The position numbers and the translations under genes were made by a program. The notes under the pieces are model-generated. The model was not told the origin of the DNA, did no database searches, and saw only the letters and a list, made by a program, of their open reading frames with translations. Below, in pieces: positions 28,598-43,134 of a stretch of 64,000 nt of DNA (position 1 is the stretch's first letter; the number at the start of each line of letters is the position of its first letter). The stretch is from the human T2T-CHM13v2.0 reference genome, Homo sapiens: the NCBI RefSeq assembly GCF_009914755.1, contig NC_060934.1; one strand, 5' to 3'.

Positions 28598-30229
28598 TTA
28601 TGTGTACATCTTTATTTCTCTTAAGCTCTTGTCTTTGTTGTTGGTTTTTAATAGTACTGTGCTATGGTGTAGTTTTCTTCATGTTTTCTTGTGCCTCTTT
28701 GGAGTTCTTTGAGCTTCTTGGATCTGTAGATTGGTAGTTTTATCTATTTGGAAATTTTTTGATTACTAGTTCTTCCAATATATATTTTTATCTACCGTTC
28801 TTTCTCCTTTTCTTTGGAGTCTCGAATTACATGAGTATTATTCTACTTGAAATTGTCACACAGCTCATTAACATGCTATTCATTTTCTCCGTATTTTTTC
28901 CCTTTGGGTTTCATTTTGGACATTGTCTATTGGTGCATCTTCAAATCACTAACGCTTTGCATCTCACACCTCTTCCCCTAGAGCTTAATCTGCTGTTAAG
29001 CCCATTTAACGGATTTTTCGACTCAGTCATTTTAGTGTTTATCTGTAGAAGTTTTATTTGGCTTTTTGTACATCTGTATTTCTACTTAATATACCAAATC
29101 TTTCCTCTGTCTTACTGAACATTTAAAATACAATCACAATACCTATTTTAATGTCATTGACTGCTAATTCTATCATCTTTGTCATTTTTCAGTTGAGTTT
29201 TCTGCTCATTTTGGGTTATGTTTTTCTACTTCTTTAAATGCTTGCTAATTTTTGATTAGATGTCGGGAATTATAGATTTTATCTGTTGAAACCAGGTATT
29301 TTTGTGTCCCTATAAATGTCCTAAGGTTTTTCAGGGATGTAGTTAAATTACTTGGAAGTAGTTTGATTCCTTTGGTTCTTGCTTTCAATCTTTGTTAGGT
29401 AGGACCAGACAGATCGGAATTTATTCTAGGGCTAATTGTTCCCACCGCTGAGGTAAAATTCTTCTGTGTACTCTACTGATATCTTATGAATTACAAGCTT
29501 GACCTCACCCTGGTGGGGGTGCATCCTCCAGTAGTTTACTAAGAAGGGAAGGTATTTGAGAACTTACATATCTTAAAACAACTTTTATCCTACCCTTATA
29601 TTTGGTTGATAGTTTTTCTGAGTATAAGCTCTGGTAGAAGTTGAAAAAAAATTTCTTTCAAGATCTGAAGGTATCATCCTATTGCTTCTAGCTTCTTGTA
29701 CCGCTTGTAAAAATTCCAAACTCATCTGCTTCCTAACCCTTTGTGTGTGACCTGCTATTTCTTTCTGAAATGTTTTAGAATTGTCTATTTGTTCGAACTT
29801 CTCTAAAATTTTATTATGCTGAATATAGAGGTGTTTCTATCATTATCCATTTCCTTGGGCATTTGGTAAATGCTTTCTATCTGAAATTCTTGTCCTTTAG
29901 TTCTTAAAAATTTGCCTGAATTATTTTGCTAGTAATTTGTCTGTCATTTGTCTTTCTGGAAATTACATTGTTTGGATGTTAGACCTCATGACCTAGTAAT
30001 TTTATCTTTTTAAATTAAAATGATATTTTTCATCTCTTTTCTTTTTAATTTCTGTGATTTAAAAAAGTTATCTTCTAAAGTTTCTATTACCTCATTTCCC
30101 ATTTGCCCTGAGAAAACTGCACTGGCAGCTAGCTGCACTTTTTTTTTTCTAAATGGGAAATGAGTCCAGTTTCTTTGTTTCTGCTATTATGTTTCCCATT
30201 TCTAAGAGTTGTCTTTTGTTTTCTAATCT

Positions 30230-30325
30230 CCCCCTCCTCCTCCTCCTCCTCTTCTTCTTCCTCTTCTTTTTCTTCCCTCATTCTTCTTCTTCTTCCTCTT
30301 CTTCTTCTTCTTCCTTCTTCTTCTC
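30230..30325. repeat. (CCT)n/(CTT)n polypyrimidine repeat
   Basis: About 95 bp almost entirely C/T triplets. Confidence 0.9.
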
Positions 30326-30895
30326 CTGTCTTATTTTTTTCAAAGATGGATGCAATGTCTTTTCCTTTTCTGCCAGTGGTTCCTTTCTGTTTGCTTGTCA
30401 CTTAGTTCTCTGCATTCCATGTTAGAGGCTGTCTTCACACGTCTGGTAGTCCTTGGTTGTTTTCTCAGGCTTAAGAGTCAAGTGACTTAAGAGATAATCA
30501 CATGCTATGAATTATTTGATGTACTTCTGGACTGTGAGCTTCATTGTAGAAGGATCAGCTTGAAATATTTACCTGGGAACCTCTGGGATTGGTGTCATCA
30601 GTGTCTTCCTTTGGGCTGGTTGGGTTCTCCAGAAAAGGCTCTTCTAAACTTCTACAGGGAAGGTGTGGCTGGTCACTAGTGTTCTGGAGTCCAGGAAGAA
30701 AGAAGGTGGTGAATGTTTAGTATGCAAGTTTCCTTAATACATCTGTTTCCCTTGTGCTACTCTGCCCTTAAGTGTGCATGGTGTTTCCTATTCACAGACA
30801 ATCTTTTTTATTCTCCCCAGATAATAATTCTTCAGACCAGCTGAGATAGGGAAGAAGCAATTTCCCAATGGTTTGTAATTGGGAGTGGGGATCTA

Positions 30896-31118
30896 TTTTT
30901 TTTTTTTTTTAAGAATTTATTAGGTACCAGGCATGAGTATACATTCTTAACAAATCTTAACTTACAAAGAGAGAAATGTTAAAATCCCATTTCTCAGATA
31001 CAAGAACTAAAGCACAGAGTGGTAAAGTAACTTGCCCAACACTACTTAGCCAGTAAATGGCCAGCTGGAATTGGGCTCCTTATTGTATCATCTTGACAAT
31101 ACCACACAGTCAGCTCCA
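30896..31118 (-). mobile_element. MIR-derived segment ending in a 15-nt poly(A)
   Basis: MIR core cccatttctcagatacaagaactaaagcacagagtggtaaagtaacttgcccaa; T15 at 30896-30910; tttatt at 30916-30921. Confidence 0.7.
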
Positions 31119-31569
31119 GATCTGACAGTTACACAGCTTTCAAATGATCCTCCTTTTCTTAGCTACCTCCTCCATTCTACCCCACTTCCAGAGGTGACAC
31201 CTGGTGCTGCCAACTCTGAAGCCTTTTGAGGATTCTGCATTCTTCTTTGGATTGTTTCTTGGCTCTCCCTACTGTTGGCTTAGAACTGCCAAGTCAGTTA
31301 CCATTCACCCATCTGCTTTCCAGCCTCCAATATCAGGGGGATGTTGTCTTCTCTCTTTGTCTCCCTGCCTTTTGAGTTTATTCTTTTTAAACAAAATCTC
31401 CTTGCTGTAGTTTCAGTGGGATTACGAGAGAGGGTGCTTTAGATGCATGTGCTCAATCTGCCATCTTTACCTTAAAATCTTGGGATGGAAGTTTCCACCA
31501 CCCTGGTGTGAAGACAGATTTAATTTGAATCACAGGTTATGGAGAAATGAATGTTTCTTGCACTCTTAA

Positions 31570-31913
<344 letters not shown>

Positions 31914-32941
31914 CTGATACATATTCTTATGTCTCTGAGGAATTCACACGTGTGTCTCTGTAATTTGGACATTTTGGGGAAGTGTTCATGTTTCTTAAGC
32001 AGAAAATGACTCCTCAACCACCCAATCTCCACATACACATTAATGAGCTACCAAATCTTGTGAAGAATATTAACCTCTGTGGCTTTAGCTTCCTCATTGG
32101 CAGTATCCTCTTTTCCTTAAGGAATAAGCTGGCCCGTGCATCTGGCATCCTTCTGCCCCTGGCATGTTTGATTTTATGAGTCTGTGAGATTACTTAGTAT
32201 ATAGTGCACCCCATGTTTGCAATTTTTCCCTCTGGTGGAGGTTTCCCATGTGTGGTCCCTTTGTTTCCTGGACACAGGCATAGGTCCTTGCCAGCTGTCA
32301 GGCTTCTTCTCATCCCACTCGTCCAAAAAACTAATGTCTTGGCAGGTTTTGTGCTGAATTCAACCTCAGTTACAGCCACTTACTGACCTTCTACTCAGTG
32401 GCAGGTGCTCTCTTAACACATGCAGCACACAGAGATGAACTAGTCAAGTCCTGCTGTCCAGAAGCTAGTGATCCAGCAGGGAAGACAAACACATAGCTCA
32501 GTATCATACTAAGAAATAGGTTCTTTGATAGCAGTGAAAATAAAATGTGCTGGAAGAAGCACAGGGAAAGAGTGATGAATTTTGCCTGTAGGGATGAGGC
32601 AAAGCTTCATACACACTGTGACACATGCATCAGTTCTCACGGGAAAGTACGAATGTTCTAGGCTATAGAAATAGTGTTGGCAAAGGGGGGATGATGTGGG
32701 AGAGAGGGAGAAGAGGGAGAGCAGGGAGTGAAGTACAGTGAACATGTGTTGCTATTTTCTGCATATCAGGAGCCTAGATAGGCATGGTGGCAAAGAGGTT
32801 ATCCTGAGAGAAGAGAGAAGGTTGGCTGAGCAAAAGCTAGTTACCTGGTTGAAGCCTCATTCTGGAGTTTGATTGCCTGGTTTGCAAACTTAGTTTCATC
32901 ACTTACAGACCCTGTGACTCTTGGAAAGTTGCTTTACCCTT

Positions 32942-33337
32942 TGATATGGTTTTGCTCTGTGTCCTTGCTTGTATGTCATGTCCAGTTGTAATCCCCAGTG
33001 TTGAAGGAGGGGCCTGGTGGGAGGTGATTGGATCATGGGGGCAGATTCTCCCTTGCTGTTCTGGTGATAGTGAGTGAGCTCTCATGAAATCTGGCAGTTT
33101 AAAAGTTTGTAGCACCTCTCGCTTTGCTCTCACTTTGCTCTCTTCCTCCAGCTCCAGCTATGTGTAAGATGTGCCTCCTTCCCCTTTCCCTTCTGCCGTG
33201 ATTGTAAGTTTCCTAAGGCATCCTCAGCCATGCTTCCCATACAGCCTATGGAACCATGAGCCAATTAAAACTATTATCTTTATCAATTACCCAGTTTCAG
33301 GAATTTCTTTATAGCAGTGCAAGAATGGACTAAGATA
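32942..33337 (+). mobile_element. MSTA/THE1-type MaLR solo LTR inserted in a MIR
   Basis: tgatatggttttgctctgtgtcc...gagccaattaaa...tttatagcagtgcaagaatggactaa; 5-bp TSD CCCTT; MIR halves on both sides. Confidence 0.88.
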
Positions 33338-33559
33338 CCCTTTCTTCAGTTTCCTTATCTGTAAAACAGGAGAGATTATACAAATAAAACAAACTGATGC
33401 ATGTAAATATTTTTGCACAGTATATGACACATAGGTTAAGTGCTCAAATGATGGCTTTAATTTTATATGCCTGTTTATCTTTTCATCCTTCTATTCAACT
33501 ATCCACTTCTCTTTATGTCTTTTCTTGTTGTACAAAGGTTTTGACAGACAGAAAAAGGT

Positions 33560-34420
33560 ATTGAAGGGCTCTCAGGGAGAGTACGATGAGTTCAGTTTTA
33601 GATGTTATGAGTTTGCTGTGCCTGTGGGATACTCAAGTGGTGATGTCAAACAGAGATTTTGAAAATTTGGTTCCAGGTGTTCATAGGAGAGGTCAGAGTT
33701 GGAGATATGGATTTGTGAGTGACAGGTGAAGTCAATGGCGGGAATGAGATTAGAATTGGAGGGGAGATTGGGAATGAAGTCTAGGGCATTAGTACCTTGA
33801 TGAACTTCTCCATTTCAAAGTAGAAAGAGGAAGAGGAGAGAGGGAAGGTGTATTACTCTGCTTGGGCTGCCATAACAAAATACCAAATACTGGACAGCAG
33901 CATAAACAACAAGAGTGTCTTGTTTCACAGCTCTGGAGGCTGAAAGTCCAAAAATCAAGGTCCACAGGGTCAGGCTCTGTTGAGGACTCTTTTCTTGGCT
34001 TGCAGATGGCCACCTTCTCATTGCATCATCATGTGGCCTGTTTTTGTTGTGTGCAAACAAGGAGATGGAGGGAGAAGCAGGAAGAAAGAGAAAGTGGGAG
34101 AGAAAGAGCTCTCTCGTGTCTCTTCTCATAGGAACACTAACTGCATCTGATCAGGGCCCCACCCTTATTACCTCATTTAACCTTGACTATCTCCATAAAG
34201 TTGCTATCTTCAAACACAATCACATTGGAGGTTGGGACTTGAATTGTGTACCCCCTCCCCTAACTCATATTAGGGGAGGGGGGACCCAATTCAGCTCATA
34301 GCAGAATGTGACTTAGAAAAATAGAAGAGGTAAGGAAGAATTTGAGGGACAGCAGGGAAACTGGGGGATGAGAGAAGTTCTTGAAAATGCAAGGCCAACA
34401 ATGTCAAAAGATGCAGTAAT
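33560..34420 (-). mobile_element. L2 remnant split by MLT1A
   Basis: gatgagttcagttttagatgttatgagtttg...ggagaggtcagagttggagatatggatttg. Confidence 0.6.
33849..34303 (-). mobile_element. MLT1A MaLR solo LTR
   Basis: tgtattactctgcttgggctgccataacaaaatacc...aattcagctcatagca; near-TSD gaagg/gaatg. Confidence 0.85.
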
Positions 34421-34429
34421 AATAATAAA

Positions 34430-34660
34430 AAAAGAATAGCTACAATGTCATGTGTAACTATTGTGGGTAACCCTTTACATGAGTTACTTCGTAATTCCTC
34501 ATATCATCCTGTGCTGTCAGTCCCTTTTTGAGTTGAAGAAACTGAAGTTGGTAGAAATTGAGTAATGTGATGGCGCTTCCCCAGCTGGTTAGTGGAGAGC
34601 CAGTTTTCAAACATGGGTTTCTGATCCCAAGTTGTGTATTATTTCCATTGTGCTCAGTTG
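34430..34660 (-). mobile_element. MIR SINE
   Basis: aatagctac...ctttacatgagttacttcgtaattcctc...gaagaaactgaag...agctggttagtggagagccag. Confidence 0.6.
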
Positions 34661-35307
34661 CTCTCCTGGCGGGAGGTTGATGTTGAGAAGAGGTCACAGG
34701 GTTGGAGGGGTTTTGGGATGGGTCAGTGATGGTATGAGAAAAAGGGTGCTGGTCTAACTTAGGCCCATGGGCTATATTTTCTGACCCTTGCTAAGAGAAA
34801 CATAACTGTGACTGTAAAGAGAGAGGGAGGTTAGTGGCTGGTTAGGGATGGGTCAATGGTGGTATGAGAAAAAGAAGGGCAGGTTTCAGGATGTGGGTTA
34901 TACGGGGAAGTGGGGAAGTGCAGCCTGGTAAATCTTAGACCATTGTGCGGATTGTAAGTGCCCTTTGACATGTTGTCTATTCATGGGAAAGATGACTCTA
35001 TAGTCAGTAGCTCTAGGAAGCCCAGCATTCTGTGTTTCTTGGTATCAGAACGCATTTGCACAACATTGGATGTTTTCTTCCCTACCCTTGCTTATTGGAG
35101 CTGCATCGCTGGCCAAAAGCTCTGCATGGGTTTTGACTGCAGGCAGGTGCAACCCAACAGCACCTCACCTCAAGCATGCACCTGTACCTGATGCTGCCTG
35201 CTGTCACCATGGGTCTCTTCTCTGGTTCCCACAGGTTGTTGGATACATTTCCCCCTGATTCCTGCATTACACACAATCCTGCAACGTGGTGTACACAGGA
35301 GCCAGCA

Positions 35308-35326
35308 TCTGCCCCCTAGTGGCAGC
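35308..35326 (-). promoter_or_regulatory. Candidate CTCF core motif
   Basis: Minus strand reads GCCACTAGGGGGCAG, a close match to the CTCF consensus CCACYAGGGGGCR; motif match only. Confidence 0.5.
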
Positions 35327-35548
35327 CAACTTGGCAGTGCAGCCTCATTTTCCCTCTCTGCTTCCCCCGCCTTGTCCCTGTCATGCTCCTTGGGATTGTA
35401 CTTCCTAACAAGGCACATAAGTCTTCCTAAATAGTGCAGAAATCTTCTGCCTCAGGCTCATTTCTTTTGAAAATGAAGCTTTTACATGCAGGCCATAACA
35501 CCCCTTCCTTTAGAGATTCACAGTGTGTGTAAGCATAATATAGTTTCT

Positions 35549-35863
<315 letters not shown>

Positions 35864-36053
35864 TGCATAATATAGTTTCTAAGAATTTTTACAGAAAAAG
35901 CCTCTGCATAATCCAGAGAGCCCTAAGCTTATTAAACTTTGAGTCTCTTTTTTTATTTTAAATATTACACTAATTCAACTCCAAGGATTATAGTGTTCTA
36001 CAATGTATGGGACACAGATTGAGTTTAGCTTGTGTAGTCTATTTCCAAGGGAA

Positions 36054-36260
36054 GGGATCAGCAAACATTTCCCTATAATGGGCCATATAGTAAATATTTA
36101 AGGCTTTGCAGGCCATAAGGTCTCTGTCGCCACTACTGAACGCCAGCATTGTAGCCAGAAGTAGGCATAGATAATGGAGAAATGAATGGGCATAGCTTTA
36201 TTTACAAAATAAGGTGGTGGGCTGAATTTGGCCCATGGGCCATAGCTTGCTGACCCCTGC
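36054..36260 (+). mobile_element. MER58A (hAT-Charlie) DNA transposon
   Basis: gggatcagcaaacattt...gtaaatatttaaggctttgcaggcc...tttggcccatgggccatagcttgctgacccctg. Confidence 0.85.
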
Positions 36261-36385
36261 TAAGAGAAACATAAGTGTGAATGGAAAGAGAGGGAGGTTA
36301 GTGGCTGGTTAGGGAAAGACAGCAGAACTGAAATGAGGGAAAAATGCAAGGAAACTGAGGGTGATCTCCTCTCACTGCTAAGTGT

Positions 36386-36528
36386 CTCTCACCTTTCTTC
36401 GTGTGCCTCCTGAATTCCTTGATATGGTCAACAGAGCAAGCATAGAAAATAACCTCTCACCCTTCTTTGTGTGCTTCCTGAATTCCTTGATATTGTCAAC
36501 ATAGCAAGCATGGAAAATAACCTCTCAC
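36386..36528 (+). repeat. 68-bp tandem duplication
   Basis: Two copies with period 68; CTCTCAC at 36386, 36454 and 36522. Confidence 0.93.
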
Positions 36529-38336
36529 TTTGCCTATAATCTGTTTGGCATGATCAAGGTAGGTCAGCTGTTCAGAGTCACCTTTGACCTCCCTGCCCTT
36601 GTACATAGATGTACAGCATTTCCAGAGTCCTTCTCAGCCCTGCGTCATCAGGAGTTGATGAAAGCCTATTATTCTTGCCCATTGCTAGCATTGATCTTAT
36701 GGCTCTGCCTCCCTAAGCAGGCTGCTTGTTGGTGTAATGCATCTTGGGGCAATCTATGGTGCCAGGCCCAATGGAAGAGGGGCCTGAGCGGCTCTTCCCA
36801 ACCCCGGCTGGGCTTGTGGGTGTGTAAACAAGCTGTGTGGTGCAGAGCATCAAGTGTGCCCAGCATGTCCTACTTTTTTTTTTTTTTTAACATTTTTCTT
36901 TTCATAGTCAAGACAATAGGAATATATCATTAGGCTGATTCCAGCTTAGATATATGAGAACTGAGAAGAGGATGAATGGTAGCGGGGAGGAAAATTCATA
37001 GGCAGCCAGCACCTGCTGATGCCAGGCCCCTTAGTAGGCACTTTGCATGCTATCTCATGTAATCTTCAGAGTCTTTGAGTAAATGCTGTTGTTTTTATCT
37101 TTCTGAAGAATCAGAGATGATATATATCTTGCCCAAAGTTATATGGCTAGCATGAAGGGTAGCAGCAATAAAATTCCAGAAAGGCAACACTAACGCCTGT
37201 GCAATTCTTTCTACCTCTCACTGAGACATGCCTGCTACTTGGCATGTCTGAAAATGAAGTCCCTGTGGCACTGAGTCAGTTTCTTCCACATGTGAAGGAG
37301 TGTATGACACTGCTGTCAAGTGTAGATACATGCTGAAATTTAAGTGTGAAACCAGCTCCCTTTCAAGTTGTTCTCATGTTCTCTCATAGAACATGAGAGA
37401 AGCTATGTCTCTATTTCTCCATTCCTGGTAGCTGAACTAACTTGCCCACTCCTTGCAGCTCAACCTTAGACCTTTGGAGCAACCGTATTCAGAGAGGGTT
37501 GTGTAGAAAGAGAGTAGAGTCCATGAAACTCAAATGCCTACGTGACTAGTACAGAGCCAGCTTTTGCAGAATTGCTCTCAACAAGCTCTTTTCTCATATG
37601 CTGTTTGCATGATTTATTATTAAAATCAATGGCATTGTACTGTATCAGCTTGTCAAACCAGGGACTGACGATATGTAAAATGAACATGAAAGAAGCCATG
37701 TATGGGATGAGCAGAAGGCAGGCCTACCAACTCTAAAATGATGGGTGAGCTGAAATTTTGATGCTTCTGGTGGAGTAGTAGGCATCAGATCTGATCGAAT
37801 CTGCTCTCTTGGGGACAATGAATGCTAGGTGAACTATGAGAAAGAATTTTTTTTTTAAATTCAGATTCTTATCTTTGAGGATGTGAAGACTTGTTCTGGC
37901 TTCCAAGGAAGCTAGTTTGACAGATGACAGTTATGGAACATCTAGGTGGGAAGTGGGGCTGTGGAGAACTTCCTCTGTGCTTTCTGGCAAGTCTCTGTTG
38001 TTGAAGATTATTGCAGTGCCTGCTCACTGAATTCCCAGGACATGTATGTGGCAGGCGGGAGCAGAATCTGGGGTGTACACTCCACTCTTGATCAAAACCA
38101 TTAGACTTAGTGCTGAGGCCCACTGGAGAAGCCCCTGACACCGACAGCCAGCTCTCCCATCTTGGGACTGACATTTTGCTTGGCTTTGGCCTCTGACTGC
38201 CCTGATCCTGCCCACAGAAGTGACTGGATGTTGACTCTGCTTTGATTTGGATTCGTGCTCTTGATGGGAGGTGTCCATATGAGTATCCGTGAGATGGTAG
38301 AAAGGAAACTATGATGCATAAATGTGCACCACCACA

Positions 38337-38800
<464 letters not shown>

Positions 38801-39009
38801 CCATGGGAATTGGTGGCTGTGTTAACTGGCAGAGCCTTCACAACAACACATGTTGGGTGCTCTGGCTCAGAGGCAGATATGAGTTAACTGAAAATAGTAT
38901 AGGATGAGACCTGGGGGAAGTGATTAAACAATGGCCAGGCCTCCTCCTGATCACAGTTCTTGAGAATGGAGAATTCACCTCTAGCTTCCTGGGTTCATCT
39001 CACTCTAAC

Positions 39010-39505
39010 ATACATAAATGTCCAACAGTACCTTTATTTGTAATAACCCCAAACTGGAAACAATCCAAATATTCATCAATAGATAAGTGTGTAAACAAAA
39101 TGGGGTACACCCATACAATGGAATACTACTTAGCAATAGGAATGAATAAACTACTGATCCACGGGACAGCATGGATGAATTGCAAAGTAATTATGTTGAG
39201 TGAAGGAAGCCAGACAAAAAGAGAGTACATAGTCTGTGATTCTAATTAGATAAAGTTATAGAAAATGCAGACTAAGCTACTATGACAGAAGGCTGGGAAT
39301 GACAGGGACCAGGAAAGGGATGGAGGAATAAATTATAAAGGAGCAAGAAGAAACTTTGGAGGATGTTGAGATGTTGAATATGTTCATAATTGTGATGTGG
39401 TGTTGGTTTCATGGGAGTGAACACTTGTCAAAACTTATCAAACTATATTTTGAACATGTGCAACTTATGGTATGTGAATGATACCTCAACGAAAGTTTGT
39501 TTTAA
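39010..39505 (+). mobile_element. L1ME/L1MD 3' end
   Basis: ccccaaactggaaacaatccaaat...atggaatactacttagcaatagg...atgttgagtgaaggaagccagac. Confidence 0.8.
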
Positions 39506-40277
39506 AATCCAACTTGAAAGCCAACTTCCTTGGGCTCCACCTGTCCTCATATCAAAATTATGCCTTTCCTCTTTTTTCTACCTTCTCCAGCGGACTTCCT
39601 GAGGCCAGTGCAGGCACTAGGTTCATCTGGTTTATTATTATTCTAACGATGTCTGGCCTTAGAAAGAAATATAAATACTTATTGGCTGATAAATGCAAAG
39701 GCATGGATTTCGGGTTAGTTGTGCCCATGCTTGGATTGCTGCTCTGTCACTCATGAATGAATTTACGATCATTATGCTAAGCCTTTGTTCATTTATAAAT
39801 TAGGGATAATCTGCCTCACAGAGTCATTGTGAGGAGTAAGTGTGAAAATGTTAGTGATGCACTCAGCAGAATGTTTAGCACCCCCAAGCTTTCATTCATG
39901 CTCCATTCCGCCTTAACTGGGGGCTCAATGGGGGATGTTAATGTCCGGCCCTGATGCCCACAAGGGAGACAATAAAAAAAAACCAATATTTTTGAAAAAA
40001 TATGCCCAGAAGTGTGGAGCATACTGGACTGTTTCCTCCTATTCCTGAATGAGGCTCTTAGGCTGGGAATGCCCCAGAAAGCAAGGAGGTGGTTCCTCTG
40101 CAATGTACAGTCAATTGGGTTAGGGGCAATCAATGCCAAAGCATTCCTATAGAAACTCTTGAGAATCCAAGGTTAAACGTTGGGAGCCAGTGGAAACAGC
40201 ATTAATCTTTCTAAAGTCACTATTGTGAAATTTTAGGACTGGTGTTCCCTAGAGAAGGGGCAGGTTGGATTTCTGAG

Positions 40278-40643
40278 TGCTATGTTCTGTATGTTTGTAT
40301 CACCTCAAAATTAATATGTTGAAACCTAGTCACCAATGTGGGAAGTAATTAGTCACAAGGGCAATGCCATTATCAATAGGATTAGTGCCCTTATAAAAGA
40401 GCACTAGAGAATATTAGTGCCCCTAGAAAAGAGATCTCAGCTGCTTTGCCCCTTCTGCCATTTGAGAACACAATGAGATGCCGTTAATAAACCAGGAAGC
40501 AGGCTCTTGCTAGATGCTGAATCTGCTGGCACTTTGATCCTGGACTTCGCAGCCTCTAGAACTGTGAGGAAAAAATTTGTGTTGCTTTATAAGTGATCCA
40601 GTTTATGATATTTGTGCTATAGTAGCCCAAACAGACTGAGGCA
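40278..40643 (+). mobile_element. MLT1A0/MSTD-type MaLR solo LTR
   Basis: tgctatgttctgtatgtttgt...cagcctctagaactgtgag...gcccaaacagactgaggca; perfect TSD CTGAG. Confidence 0.85.
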
Positions 40644-41474
40644 CTGAGTCACCTCCAACCCCGGCTGACTCCACACCTTCCTGGGTGGGGGATCATGCCT
40701 TCATTAGTGGCCCCTGGCACTAATCCTGATCTTGCCTTGGTTTAAAGTCCTGAGGATGGGCCAGGTCTTATGAAACATGCACATTCCCGAGGAAGGCAAA
40801 GTGACTGAGGGAGGGCAAAGGGGAGCTGAGCCCTACCGCAAGTGGAACTGAAGAGGAGGGTAATGGGCCCTTCACATATTATGACAGACAAATCAATATC
40901 TTAGCACTTTTGTTCCTCCTCTATATCTGAGATCAATGGAGAGAAAAACACTTCAAATTATATTATTACTATACACCTAAAAGGGGAAATACAAAATAAT
41001 TCTGAGATAAAGTATTTCTGGTTATTTTAAGATAATTTTCTGAAACCCAGGTAATTACTGGGTCACTAATAGATAAGGAAAACCAGGGTGATGAAAGATA
41101 TTACATAACTTAATTCTGGCTCTGTTCTGATTTTGGATCGTTATAGCTTAAACAGTAAATCCTGAATAACTCCATGAATTTCCACTGTTAAGTAGAAGAA
41201 CAGAGAGAAACCCTTAGGGGCTTCTCTTTGAGAAAAGACTAAAAAAATTTACTATAGAGTTATAATTTAGATAAGAAATAACAAGAAACATTATAATAGA
41301 TAAAGAGTCTCACATGTTTGTTCTGTTATATCATTGAAGAAAAGGTATCCAACCATCCTGAGAAGTAGGTGAGAATGTGTTATTCGGGGAAAAAAGAGCC
41401 ACTTTAAAACTGAGTGAAAGCAAGACAAGCTGTACCCAGACTCTTAAAAGGTCATCAGGTCACATCTCTCTCTT

Positions 41475-41880
41475 AGTTTGAAGGTTAAAAGACAGAACAA
41501 TTAAAAATAACAATAGCTACAATAATTTGTTAAGAAATACACAACATAAAATGTAAATTGTATCATCAAACATTTGAAGTTCAGGAGAGTGGTGTAAAAG
41601 TGCAGAGCTTTTTTTATGCCATGAAAGTTAAGTTGTTATCAGACTAAAATAGCCTGTTCTATCAGATGTTTTTTGTAAGCCTCATGGTAGCCACAAAGCA
41701 AAGACCTACAGTGGATAGACAAAAGGTAAAATGTCAGGATTCCAAGCATACCCCTAGAGAAAATCACTTAATCATAAAGAAAGACAGCAAGAAAAGAAAA
41801 GAAAAAAAGGATCTACAAAACAACCAGGAAACAATGAACAAAATGGCAGTAGTAAGTTCTTACCTATTAATAATTACCTT
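41475..41880 (+). mobile_element. L1M inter-ORF/ORF2-start fragment
   Basis: gtaagcctcatggtagccacaaagcaaagacctacagtggat...aacaaaatggcagtagtaagttcttacctattaataattacctt. Confidence 0.75.
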
Positions 41881-43130
<1,250 letters not shown>

Positions 43131-43134
43131 GAGA

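Larger units (their letters stand above)
29500..31480 (-). mobile_element. HAL1-like L1-related element
   Basis: cccacttccagaggtgacacctggtgctgccaactctgaagccttttgaggattctgc and ttggctctccctactgttggcttag resemble recalled HAL1. Confidence 0.55.

Noticed and set aside
30129-30425. Poly-Glu/Arg/Ser/Leu ORFs on both strands
   Set aside because: Artefacts of the (CCT)/(CTT) repeat, which lacks stop codons.
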